From the NCBI RefSeq assembly GCF_000143415.4, contig NW_003314286.1, positions 449,766 through 513,765 of the forward strand: a stretch of 64,000 bases of DNA. The letters run 5' to 3'. The translations under genes and the position numbers were made by a program. This document shows, piece by piece, positions 37,115-50,213 of the stretch. A model generated the notes under the pieces. The model saw only the letters and a list, made by a program, of their open reading frames with translations. It did not search any database and was not told the DNA's origin. Each line of letters opens with the position of its first letter. Position 1 is the first letter of the stretch. This DNA comes from Selaginella moellendorffii (lineage: Eukaryota; Plantae; Lycopodiophyta).

Positions 37115-37462
37115 AGGTCTGCTTTGGTAGTGGTAGCGTTAAAAAATGAAGGGTTAAATGCTTATAAGCCAAATCTATATGGCAAGATGATAGTTATTGA
37201 GCAAAGAATCACTACTGGAAGCAACACTATTGTCTTGAAAAATCACCGAGATTGGTTTCTATCGTGCGAGGGATTCACGTCTTTTGTATTGTGTATTCCA
37301 AGTGAAAAACTTTCTTCAAACAAGCAAGATTTGTGCAATGTGATCAACCATTTCAGTGTAAGCTAAGATTGTATTTTAAACTTTTCTACTTTCCTACTGT
37401 TACCTGTTTTTTGTAGATTGACACAGAAAACCCATGTGTGATTATGTCTCAAGACATGAGTT
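37115..37462 (+). pseudogene. SMC6 gene fragment (three exons with introns)
   Basis: LKNEGLNAYKPNLYGKMIVIEQRIT, KQDLCNVINHF and IDTENPCVIMSQD match the SMC6 N-terminal ATPase head. Confidence 0.75.
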
Positions 37463-37624
37463 GGCATTACCACTGCCACCTCCAAGGCCAGCACTGCTTA
37501 GAACTCTTTTGCCCAAGTGAAGGGAAGAGGGCGTGGTGACAGGTGTTACACCATGCACTCCTAAGGTTCCATGGCTACACGGTTGTGTGGGCATTCCTGT
37601 GAGAGTCTGTGCATCTGTAAGCTC

Positions 37625-38092
37625 CTAGAGGAGGTGCTCACAGGGATAATAGGGGCAAGTAGAATGGTAGTTGGTCACACAATCCAGGCTCCTTTCGGGA
37701 TCAACTTGCTTGCGAGTGGTGCATGAGTAGCACCACAGGCAGGGCTGGTAAGGGAGTGCACTAGAAATGAAGAGCTGGGCTATGCTTGAATCCTGGAGTT
37801 GACTGGCACCATGGCAGCGGGTGTGGGTGATGCAAGGTATGCGAGTGACCAGATGGTGTGTGCGACCTGAAGGCGTAAAGGAGTTCTTTGAGCTGTCAAA
37901 GGAGGGGAAGTTGAAGAAGCTAAAGTACACTGCCAGTGATCCTCCAGCATCCGCTCAAAGAGCTTGAGAGCCGAGGCTACATCTCCTTGGTGGCAGTAGC
38001 TGGAGATGATCACGTTCCAAGTTATGGCGTCGTGTCCCACACTGGCCGTGGCTGTTGAGTTGAAAACTTCGCAAGCTTCTGCCATGCAGCCA
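37625..38092 (-). pseudogene. PPR gene fragment
   Basis: EACEVFNS...DAITWNVIISSYCHQGDVASALKLFERM. Confidence 0.65.
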
Positions 38093-39655
38093 CGAGGAAC
38101 GAGCACGAAGCAAGAAATAAGCGAGGCTCCAAAAAGGGACCCAAAAGGACCAACACATGACACATGGAAGTGTATGAGATGGACCCGAGTTGGGGTCCGA
38201 AGTGGAGTCCGAGATGGAGTCCGAGATGGACCCGAGACGGAGTCCGAGATGGACTCGAGATGGACCCGAGATGGAGTCCAAGATGGACCCAAGACGGAGT
38301 CCGAGATGGACCCGAGATGGAATCCAAGATGGAGTCCGAGATGGAGTCCGAGATGGACCCAAGATGGAGTCCGAGATGGACCCGAGATAGAGTCCAAGAT
38401 GGAGTCCGAGATGGACCTGAGATGGAGTCCGAGATGGAGTCCGAGATGGACCCGAGATGGAGTCCGAGATGGAGTCCGAGATGGACCCAAGATGGAGTCC
38501 GAGATGGACCCGAGATGGACCCGAGATGGAGTCCGAGATGGAACCGAGACCGAGACCGAGTTCGAGTCCAAAACCGGGACCGAGACCAAGTCCGAGTCCG
38601 AGTTCGAGCCCGAGTCCGAGTCCGAATACTAATACAGACAGTTGGGTGAAAGCCCAAAGCGATCGTCCCCCAGGGGGGGGTTCCAAAAGTATAGTAGGGA
38701 GAGTGTGGGGGTTGGAGCCCAGTGGAGCCAGTTTGGCCAGGAAGGGCCAGTTTGGCCCAGGAAAGGCCTTGTTTGGCCCAAGAAGGCCATACCCAGTGTT
38801 GAGTGATGAACTGGCCAATGGGAAGTCCAAGACTAGAGTGAATACGGACCGATAAGCGGGGTAGCTTGGTGAAGTGTTCAAGAGCCGGCTCTAGTTCCCT
38901 CGGGAGATCGAATGGTCGATGCTCCCAGTCCAAGTGTGGGTGGCACTACCTACTTGGATACCTGGTGTGGCTCATCAGAACTTCGCTCTAAGCCCATGGC
39001 TAGAGCACCCAAAAGCGGAAGGCAGGGAGAGTACCCATGAGGCCCGCGTAGGGCCACGGTGTTTTGAAATGTTGTCCCAAAGGCCCAGACTGTGGAAAGG
39101 AAGAGGAGTAGTCTTCTGGTGTAGTGACCAAGGATACAGTCGAGTGGTGAGGAAGTCCCAGAGGACTGTGGGAATTAGTGGTCGGGCCTGTGAGCCTCGA
39201 TCCAGTGGCAGTGTTGGCGAACACGGCCATGGGCAGAAAGGGACTTTGTGAAGACCGGAAAAGGGATATTGGGGAAGGCTATTCCCCATGTCTGTGGTCA
39301 TCCTAAGGATGCTAAGGAGTGGATCTGGAATGATCACTCATGGACGAATGGCCTAGTCCTTGAAAGATAAGACTGTGATGCAGGTGGTGTTAGACCACTG
39401 GTGTGACCAAGGTAAAGGGGCATGGCCTTAGCGTAACGGGCTGATATGTCAGTGGTACCTTGGGGTGTCGGTCATGGGATCGGACACGTGGAGCACTTGG
39501 ATCAAGTGCAAAGGTTGAGTGGCGGGGATGCCATTCTCGGGGCTAGCAAGCCCAAGTCTGAAATAGGACTTATGGAGGTTGTGAGTGAGACTCCTCCAAG
39601 TGGTTGGAGGTGTGGTTAAGTGACTAAAGTAGAATGGAAAAATTAGTCGCTTACA
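38093..39655 (+). mobile_element. 5'-truncated LTR of family A, inverted relative to the other copies
   Basis: Reverse complement of ~42661-44253, ends AGTCGCTTACA, contains the same satellite. Confidence 0.85.
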
Positions 39656-42600
39656 GTCAAAACATGAAATGCCTCGGCCATAAATGCGGGACCATTATCT
39701 AAAAGAATCCGCTCTAGACAAGAATGCTAGAACACCAATTGATTGAGAAGGAAATACTTAATAGCAGTTGTAGAAGCGCTAGCAAGAGCACCAACTTCCA
39801 TCCAATGAGTCAAGTAGTCAAAAGCAATAATAACATATTCATTGCCAATAATCGATCGTGGAAAAGGTATTATAAGATCAAACGCCACCAACTTAAATAG
39901 ACGGGAAATTGCAATTGACTCCAATTGTCTTTCCGAGGCATGAGAGGGAGTATTACGGGCTTGGCACCAAATGTAGCTATGCACATACTGGATAACATCA
40001 TATTGCATCTCCAGCCAATAGAAAGACCTGTGCAGCTTTTCAATCACACAACGATATCCCATATGCTTATCTAAAATAGGAAAATCATGGTAGGCATGGC
40101 AAAACCATAGAATAAAGATAGAAGGCACCACCAGCCATAAAGGATCATCAGAATCTGTCCCCACAAAATAAAGAAAGCTGTCTTGAAGGCGATAATGAGA
40201 ATGTAAATGCCAGAATAACAAATTATCAGCAAGTGATGCAAGATTCTCAAACCCATCTCAAAGCATTTGAATCCACAACTTAATCTTTTGAGCCTCGCAA
40301 ACCTCATCAATAGAAGGTAAATCTTGTTCTGCACCTTATAGATATTGAATGTCAAGTACAGCAACCGCCGACGGCACAGAATCCTCATCTAGAAAATTCA
40401 TAAATGCTGGAACAACAGGCTTGTTAGAAACATGAAAAGAAAGAAAAGAAGGAAGAGAGCTCAAGAAAGGGCATCAACATTAGCCATAAAACTCCCTAAG
40501 TGATGAACAACATCAAAATCAAATATCTAAAGCTTTAAAGCCCATTGAGCAGTATGATCAACCAAGTTCTTCCGCTTCAATAATAAAGTAATGGCAGCAT
40601 GATCACCTTCAAGTAACGTTCAAGAACCATGTAGATATGCATGAAGTTTCTTAAAACTCTAAATTGCTACTAAACACTCTTTCTTTGTTATAGAGTAGTT
40701 CACCTTTGTTAATTGTAATGTATAGTTTATATATAGAATGGGATGGTGCTGACCAAACACACTCAAGCTCTTTTTCATCAACACACTTCTAAGATCAATA
40801 TCAAAAACATCCACGCGCAAAATAAAAAGTCAAGTGTAATCAGGATATGCCAAAGCTAAAGGAGTTGTCAATATCTCTTTGAGATCCATAAATTCTTGCT
40901 CACAATCCGAAGACCAGATGAAAGATGATATTGATGACTTTAGCAACGCTCGCAACGGTGCAGTGCGATCAAAAAGATGATCCACAAAACGACTAGGATA
41001 CTGGACCTTGCCCAGGAAGTGCTGCATATCATTCACACACTTTGGAGTAGGGAACTTTAGAATAACCACAAGTTTGTCATGATCAACTTGCAAACCCTCA
41101 CGAGAAATACGGTACCCAAGATAAATTGTGTCTTTGGACCCAAACACACACTTCGACCACTTCAGCATTAAACCAACATCCCATAGTTGATCTAACACTT
41201 TACAAACATCATGAATGTGCTCCTCCCACGTCCCCTCAGAGTGGATCAAGACATCATTAATGAAGTTAGTAGTTATCTCCGACATATCGCAAAGAACCTC
41301 ATCCATCATCCACTGAAAAGTTGCAGAAGCATTGTTCAAACCAAACGGCATCACCAATAACTTGTACAAACTAAACAGTGTACAAAAAGCAGTCTTAGGA
41401 ATATCTTTCTCGGCCATCAGTACTTGCTAATAACCAGAAGCAATATCTAGCTTGGTGAACCAATGTCTTTGCCCTAGACGATCCAAGAGATCAGCCGTGC
41501 AAGGAAGGGTACATATATGGGATTGTCACTTCGTTTAATGGACAATAGTCAATGCAAAAACAAATACTCCTATCAGGCTTCATCACAAGATGAGGTTCAC
41601 ATGCCCAAAGACTCCGCGACATCCGAATAACATCCTTCTCCAACATCTTCTTAACATTTGCACGTAAAAATCTTGATCTCTTTGGGTGACCGACGACAAA
41701 CAGGAACCTTGATTGGACAAGCATCTTCAGTTGGAATTGGATGACATATGGCAATCTTAGCCCTAGACAATAGGTCAAATTCAAAGAGATCAAAATACTC
41801 CTTCATGAGCCGGTCAACTATTACAACACAAAGATTGTTAGAAGGATCAAAAAAGAAAAGAGCAAAACAAGATGGAAACATAGGAGGAAATAATTGGGAG
41901 ACAAAAGAAATGGAAGCAAAGGTAGAAGTAGAGGGATGAAGAGTACAAAAGTGAAAAGAATGGATGAAATATAAAGAAATATGAGACAATGGGGAGAAAT
42001 CTCAAAGTCACACTTGGCATGATTGTACTACAACCAATCTATACCAAGGATGAAGTCAAAAGCTTGACTTGGCACCACTCGCAATGATTGCAACCCAAGC
42101 TCAAGATCACCCACATGCACAACTAGGTTTGCCTCATCCCATGCACATGCATATGTACGGCCGTTGCCATAAACAATGAAAACTAACTCCATTACACGAT
42201 GCAAGTGTAGATGGCAACATGTGGCAATAAGTCAAGCAATAGAAGATAAACTTGAACCTATATCAACCAACACAGAGAAAATAATAGAACACCGTTTGTT
42301 ATAAAAATAAGCTTGGAAAGTAAACACTGGATGAACTGGTGCCGAGTGAACCCCTTGATAATACTTCCGAAAGAAATATGGAGAGGTCACTAACTTATTC
42401 ACACAAGGTCCCTCCATTACTTGTGCAACTCCTTGTTTCTTGGATGGATCTCAGTGTCCAAACCTTTCACTTCAGCAGCACCAACAAGATGTTGTTGACG
42501 CCAAGTTGTCCACTCAGAAAATGGTGGCTGCCAATTTGGAAAACACCGATAACGCCGATAAGTGTGACCAACTTCATCACACGCCCAACAACGAATATCA

Positions 42601-42660
42601 CAGCCACAACCACAGCCTCGCCCTTGTCCTTGGATTTGAGTAGTAACAACATCAACTTCC
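39656..42660 (-). mobile_element. Decayed Gypsy family B pol (protease, RT, RNase H, integrase); gag continues at ~50219-50700
   Basis: LVDIGS, CIDYCPLNEVT, KTAFCT..VMPFGL..INDVLIHS, HAYHD..H..C and IIAFDYLTHW, with many stops. Confidence 0.85.
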
Positions 42661-43768
42661 TGTAAGCGACTAAATTTTCCATTCTACTTTAGTCACTTAA
42701 CCACACCTCTGACCACTTGGAGGAGTCTCATTCACAACCTCCATAAGTCCAATCCAGGACTTGGGACTTGCTAGCCCCAAGAATGGCATCCATGCCACTC
42801 AACATTTGCACTTGGTCCAAGTGCTCCACGTGTCCGATCCCATGACCGACACTCAAAGGTACCACCGACATAGCAGCCCGTTACGCTAAGGCCATGCCCA
42901 ATCACCTTTGCCACACTGGTAGTCCAATACCACTTGCATCACCGTCTTAGCTCTCCAAGACTAGGCAAACCATCCGTGAGTGGTCATCTCAGATCCACTC
43001 CTTAGCATCCTTAGGATGCCCACCGACAAGGGGAATAGCCTTCCCCAATATCCCTCTGTCAGTCCCCACTAAGTCCCTTTCTGCCCCTGGCCGTGTTTGC
43101 CAACACTGCCACTGGATCGAGACCCACAGGCCCGACCACTAAGTCCCACGGTCCTCTGGGACTTCCTCACCACACGACTGTGTCCTTGGTCACTACCCCA
43201 GAGGACTGCTCCTCTTCCTTTCCACAGTCTGGGCCTTTGGGACAACATTTCGGAACACCGTGGCCTTACGCGAGCCACCTGGGTACTCTCCTCGCCTTCT
43301 GCCCTTGGGTGCTCTAGCCATGGGCTTAGAGCGGGTTCCGTTGAGCCACACCAGGTATCCAAGTAGGTAGTGCCACCCACACTTGGACTGGGAGCATCGG
43401 CCAGTCGATCTCCCGGGGGAACTAGAGCTGGCTCTTGAACACTTCACCAAGCTACCCCGCTTGTCGGTCTGTGTTCACTCTAGTCTTGGACTTCCCAGTG
43501 GGCAGCTCATCACCCAACACTGGGTCCGGCCTTCCTGAGCCAAACTGGCCTTTCCTAGCCAAACTGGCTCCACTGCAGTCCTCCCCCTACTATACTTTTG
43601 GAGCTCACCAAACCCCCCAGGGTCTGGGAGACGAACGCTTTGGGCTTTCACCCTCTCAGGCTCCGGACTCGGACTCGGACTCGGACTCGGACTTGGACTC
43701 GGATTCGGACTCGGACTCAGGCTCGGGCTCGGTCTCGGCCTCGGCCTCGGTCTCGGTCTCGGTCCCGA

Positions 43769-43800
<32 letters not shown>

Positions 43801-46800
43801 CCGGTCTCAGTCTCGACTTCGGACTCCATCTCGGACTCCATCTCGGACTCCATCTCGGGTCCATCTCGGACTCCATCTCGGGTTCCATCTCGGGTCCATC
43901 TCGGACTCCATCTCGGACTCCATTTCGGGTCCATCTCGGGTCCACCTCGGACTCCATCTCGGACTCCATCTCGGACTCCATCTCGGGTCCATCTCGGACT
44001 CCACTTCGGACTCCAACTCGGGTCCATCTCAGACTCCACTTCGGACTCCAACTCGGGTCCATCTCAGACTCCACTTCGGACTCCAACTCGGGTCCATCTC
44101 GGACTCCACTTCGGACTCCAACTCGGGTCCATCTCGGACTCCACTTCGGACTCCAACTCGAGTCCATCTCGGACACTCCCACGTGTCATGTGTTTGTCCT
44201 TTTGGGTCCCTTTTTGGAGCCTTGCCTTTTGCTCGCTTCGTGCTCGTTCCTCGAGCACTTCGTTGGGAGTTCCACTCCCGCTCTTGACTTTTCAAGTCGG
44301 AGCTTTTGGTCCAAACGTGTTACGCTCGTTTGGCTCTCGCTTCGGCCACTACCATGTGGCGCCCTTCCGGCTCCACTTTGGGGCCTAGGGATTTTGTGTC
44401 TCACAACTCCACCACCCATAGACGAAGTTCGATGTCCTCATCAAACGGTGAACCATTTTATAAAGTAACACCCGCATGTGTTACCATTTCCATCCTTGGC
44501 GCGTAGCCAATATTTGTCAATGGTGTGACATTGAAGGCTCACCATGCCTTCTCCATATTCGTCAATGGTTGGACATTGAAGGCTCACCATGCCTTTTGCA
44601 TATCCTCTAAGGAGGGTAGTCTCTCCAACTTAGAGATTGATTGGACCACATATAGTGGTTCTCTCCTTTTATTGGTTTAGTTCTCGCTAAACCTCTTAGA
44701 GACCCTTCTCTAAGTCAATCCCACTACTCCTTCTCGAGTAATCTTAATTTCCATTGATATAACCTTTGCACTTTGGAACTTTGAATTTTGACTTCTTGGA
44801 GTCAATTTCCTAGGTGTCTCCGACACCTTGCCTTGCACCTTTTGTGCAACTCCACTTCCCATCCTAGGAAGTTCTCTACTTGAGGGCACCATCATCCTCT
44901 CTTCTATTTCGTGCCAAAGTTCCAGTTATCATACTTTGTGCTAGGGCTGTTCATGGCCCTATCATTTGGCTACCTTACCGCTCCCTCCCTTGGAGCTTCC
45001 ACTTTTGCCAAATTGGAGTATTTCGGAATCCCTCCTTGGAAACACACTTCCTTTCTCGCAACTTGTTAGCGTCCAACACATTAGTGTTCCTTGCCTAACT
45101 TTGTCACTTGGATTCCTTCCAAGGGATTCCACGGCCCTATTCTGGCCACTCATCTTTTGCTCCTATCCGTTGATTGTTGCACCAAGCAACATCGAATCTC
45201 TACCTCCCTTTTTGAGGTATTCTTTTGATTCCATAGCAAAGGCTCTGCTTTGCCAAGACTAGGGTGTTCACCCCTAGTAAGTCTCTTTTAGCATCTTCTG
45301 TTGTGGGCTCTATCCTCAGCCCAACTTTGTGACCCTCTCATGGGTCTCTTTAGAGACTACTTTCCTCGGACTCACTATGCCATCGCACGGACATAGTTTA
45401 CTTCCCTTAGGTGCTTTTCCCATTTGGTCATCACGACCAAGCCACACCACCTTAAACAGTTCAATTTCAACATTTTGAACCAGGAACTTCATTCCTTAGC
45501 CAACCAAGGACTTTGTCCTTATCTGGCCATAAGATCACCTGGTGATCTCACCTTGGCACCTTAACAGAGTTGCCAAGAGGTACTTGGTCTTCTAGACCTC
45601 CAAGTTGTTGACTATAACCCCGGGGGCATCCCCCACACTTGGCGGTGCACCCAAGCTAGCCCTTACGGCCAAGGGTTCATAACAACTGAGATTAGGTGTC
45701 CCCATCTCACTCACCACGACCTTGGTGCCACTTGCACCAAAGTGTTCAAGTTAGATATGCTGAGCTTTCACACTAAGCAATCTAACCGTGCATCACGACT
45801 CCGAGGCATCCCTCGCTTGGCGGTGTGCCCAAACCAGTCTCCCCACTGAGAGTCCATGACCACCGAAATATGAGTGTCCTCATATTCCAAACCATCACCA
45901 CACCCTAGTGATTTGGGACTCGAACCCAAGCACTAGAGGGTCGGGACTCGAACCCAACCTCCGTATATGCATCTACGGACGGCATCACACAAGATGCCTG
46001 GCGTGACTCCCCACGCCGGTGCACCAACTTATTTTTAAAGCGCGCTACAGATCACAGCTTAGGAACCTAGTTCCCCCACACTGCCAAGTCCTCTCACTTG
46101 ACATATCTGTGATCATGCATGGGCTCCTCCATGCTTGGCCCCATGGGCCACCCTTTTTGAAGTTAGCACCTTCAACTAGGGTATTTGTTCCCCCCAACTT
46201 GCCAATCTCACTTAGCAAGTCATCCGGCCACCGTAACATGGTTCATGCATAAGCGTGGAAGTCCCTAACCATCAACTTTCGTTCAAAGCCCTCTCTTTGA
46301 ACACTCGGGAACTACTTCCCTAACCTTGACAGCCTTGCCTCATGGCAAGCTTCAAGACCACGCTTCTGCTGCGCCACTCTGATTTCGCGCGTTCTATGAA
46401 CCATTTACACTTGGCCTTTCTAGGTACTAAGCTGCTTAGAATCGTCTTTGGGAACTTTGAAGGAACTCTGTCCCTCAGCTTGCTAAGGCCTCCCTTTTTG
46501 CAAGCCTTCCAAATGCCACATAGTCTAACATGGACAATTCCATATTTTAGACTCTCCATGGCATCACGGTTGCTAGCGGCAACACCCTTGAGCCCCCACT
46601 TGATTCTCCACTCCCAGCTGGCATAACCAACCTTGGTTATGCCCTTTGATTCCTACGGTTCGGTTCTATCCCCTTACTTCTTGCTTTTGGGCTTCACACC
46701 TTTCCTTTGGTCATTCTCCTCCAGACCAGGAGGATAGCTTTGCACTTTCTATCATGCTTTAGCAAGTATTTTTAGGGATGAACCTACCCAATAGCCTAGG

Positions 46801-49612
46801 GAGTGGTTCCTCAATCCGGGTATGCTCACCTTATAATCCCACACACTGGGATTACATTGTTGCTTATGGGCCTTTACATGCCCATCACTAGCCTTGCCAA
46901 AATTCCATTTTTGGCTTTGTCCAACTCAGGTAGACAGTCCTCTCCTGTCTCCGCAACCTTGGACATTTGGATAGCACCTTCTATCCATCATTCGCTAGGG
47001 ACTTAATCCCTTGGGCTTTATCCATTGCCCTCGCGACATCAAACACCACCTTCTGGTGTTCTAGAGTGTTCGGGTGTCCCAATGATGGCTTTCTTGACAA
47101 TGAGTATTTTCTTTTATGACATTGACTTACTATATCGCAACACAAGCAACTTATCCCCCGTAAGGGTATATCCAACTTCCTTATGCTATTAAGAAGTCTT
47201 GGGTAGCTACCTTCTACCCGTTTAACCAGTTATTTTGCACCTCTTGCTTAGTTGCCTCATAGTTGTCAAGTCCTACAACTCATTGCTTGGTGCTTTCACA
47301 CCTCCATCATTATCTGGGTCACCACACTCCAACTGCATGCTCTGCAGCTTAGGCTATGTTATTCCCATTTCCATTGGGATTCCTTTGGCAAGGGGTTCTC
47401 ATGAACCCACCAACATAGCCTCAAGGTATCACACCTTGGCACATTTGGTGTCTCCACACTATCAGCTCCACGAGCCTACCTCTATGACATTTCCCCTTCG
47501 TGTCTAAGTCTTTGCCAAGACCAACACCGCTCTTTCTCATGCCAACCATCCGTTAGCACTGCACCATAGAGGTCATACACAACTTTATGTCAAAGTTGTT
47601 TTCTTCTGAGAACACCTTTCCCATAACTTTAGCATGGCATATTTTGCCATTGATGAAATACCCTCTGTTCTCATCCTTGGATCCTATGATCCCCCCCCAT
47701 CCTTTGTGGGGTACAACACACCTCAGTCCAAATGCTTCCATCAGTCCTTTTAGGACCATCCGTTGACTCTACTTGAGTCATCTAGCAGTTTTGGACTTGG
47801 TTAATCCACAGACCCGTAAGGTCCTACTTGCGAAGCACTAGCTCACTGGAATATACTTCTTGCATTCCTGTCCTACTCAAAAGGACTATTTTCACAAGTG
47901 TTACTCCGACACTTGATTTTGTTCTCTGGGGGCAACCTTTGCCCCTTATGACTACTTGTCCATGGGATGAGAACACCAACTCATCCACTTAATGCACCCC
48001 CAACTCCTTGGGTTGTTCCAGCATTTATTAGAGGTAGCCCCGGCTACCTTTTCAAGGACTTGAGTCCTCTTCCATATTTGACCTCCCACAGTCATTACTT
48101 CTGGTCTCACATTCATGAGCACCAACCTCAACTATATGAGGAAAATCTTGTAACTCCTTTATTGCTTTGGAGTCTTTATCTTTCCCGTGATCCCAACTGT
48201 AGTTGTTTACCACAACTACATTAGCCAGTTTGCTAAGTCAAACGCTCATCTGGATCACATCCTCAACTCTTTGAGGAAAACGATATACTGTTCCCAAGAT
48301 CCCAAAGTCGTTCCATCATTGGCCCTTTTCTATCCACCACCTCGTCTACAAGTTCACACATGAACTGTAATGGAGAGCCATGTCTTTCCGACTTGCTACT
48401 CCTCAAGGATAGGCCCACTCCTCGGACCTTCCGATGCCAACACTAGTGGTGATATACTTGAGCACCAATAAAAGTCGGACTGAGGAACAGCTCCGATACC
48501 AAGTTGTAAGCGACTAAATTTTCCATTCTACTTTAGTCACTTAACCACACCTCTGACCACTTGGAGGAGTCTCATTCACAACCTCCATAAGTCCAATCCA
48601 GGACTTGGGACTTGCTAGCCCCAAGAATGGCATCCATGCCACTCAACATTTGCACTTGGTCCAAGTGCTCCACGTGTCCGATCCCATGACCGACACTCAA
48701 AGGTACCACCGACATAGCAGCCCGTTACGCTAAGGCCATGTCCAATCACCTTTGCCACACTGGTAATCCAATACCACTTGCATCACCGTCTTGGCTCTCC
48801 AAGACTAGGCAAACCATCCGTGAGTGGTCATCTCAGATCCACTCCTTAGCATCCTTAGGATGCCCACCGACAAGGGGAATAGCCTTCCCCAATATCCCTC
48901 TGTCAGTCCCCACTAAGTCCCTTTCTGCCCCTGGCCGTGTTTGCCAACACTGCCACTGGATCGAGACCCACAGGCCTGACTACTAAGTCCCACAGTCCTC
49001 TGGGACTTCCTCACCACACGACTGTGTCCTTGGTCACTACCCCAGAGGACTGCTCCTCTTCCTTTCCACAGTCTGGGCCTTTGGGACAACATTTCGGAAC
49101 ACCGTGGCCTTACGCGAGCCACCTGGGTACTCTCCTCGCCTTCTGCCCTTGGGTGCTCTAGCCATGGGCTTAGAGCGGGTTCCGTTGAGCCACACCAGGT
49201 ATCCAAGTAGGTAGTGCCACCCACACTTGGACTGGGAGCATCGGCCAGTCGATCTCCCGGGGGAACTAGAGCTGGCTCTTGAACACTTCACCAAGCTACC
49301 CCGCTTGTCGGTCTGTGTTCACTCTAGTCTTGGACTTCCCAGTGGGCAGCTCATCACCCAACACTGGGTCCGGCCTTCCTGGGCCAAACTGGCCTTTCCT
49401 AGCCAAACTGGCTCCACTGCAGTCCTCCCCCTACTATACTTTTGGAGCTCACCAAACCCCCCAGGGTTTGGGAGACGAACGCTTTGGGCTTTCACCCTCT
49501 CAGGCTCCGGACTCGGACTCGGACTCGGACTCGGACTTGGACTCGGATTCGGACTCGGACTCGGGCTCGGGCTCGGTCTCGGCCTCGGCCTCGGTCTCGG
49601 TCTCGGTCCCGA

Positions 49613-49644
<32 letters not shown>

Positions 49645-50213
49645 CCGGTCTCAGTCTCGACTTCGGACTCCATCTCGGACTCCATCTCGGACTCCATCTC
49701 GGACTCCATCTCGGGTCCATCTCGGACTCCATCTCGGGTTCCATCTCGGGTCCATCTCGGACTCCATCTCGGACTCCATTTCGGGTCATCTCGGGTCCAC
49801 CTCGGACTCCATCTCGGACTCCATCTCGGGTCCATCTCGGACTCCACTTTGGACTCCAACTCGGGTCCATCTCGGACTCCACTTCGGACTCCAACTCGGG
49901 TCCATCTCGGACTCCACTTCAGACTCCAACTCGGGTCCATCTCGGACTCCACTTCAGACTCCAACTCGAGTCCATCTCGGACACTCCCACGTGTCATGTG
50001 TTTGTCCTTTTGGGTCCCTTTTTGGAGCCTTGCCTTTTGCTCGCTTCGTGCTCGTTCCTCGAGCACTTCGTTGGGAGTTCCACTCCCGCTCTTGACTTTT
50101 CAAGTCGGAGCTTTTGGTCCAAACGTGTTACGCTCGTTTGGCTCTCGCTTTGGCCACTACCATGTGGCGCCCTTCCGGCTCCACTTTGGGGCCTAGGGAT
50201 TTTGTGTCTCACA
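42661..50213 (-). mobile_element. Complete non-autonomous LTR retrotransposon, family A (LTRs 42661-44405 and 48505-50213)
   Basis: TG...CA LTRs and CTTCC TSD (42656-42660, 50214-50218). tRNA-iMet PBS (TGGTATCGGAGC, 48490-48501) and purine-rich PPT next to 44406. No long internal ORF. Confidence 0.93.
43663..44175. repeat. LTR-internal satellite (TCGGAC/TCGGTC hexamers, then GGACTCCATCTC/GGGTCCATCTC units); also ~34338-34490, 38175-38625 and 49507-49983
   Basis: Directly visible tandem arrays. Confidence 0.95.

Noticed and set aside
38175-38625. CRISPR-like appearance of the repeat arrays
   Set aside because: These are tandem units with no unique spacers, in a eukaryotic context with no cas genes.
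43435-44388. Long ORFs in many frames (also 37955-38933 and 49227-50255)
   Set aside because: They arise from stop-free LTR satellite repeats and are not credible genes.
42661-44405. Retrozyme (hammerhead ribozyme) in family A LTRs
   Set aside because: I found no CTGATGA...GAAA core with supporting stems by eye; an Infernal search would settle it.
45905-45965. True tRNA gene
   Set aside because: Only T-arm-like hairpins are present; no cloverleaf, A-box or anticodon arm is evident.
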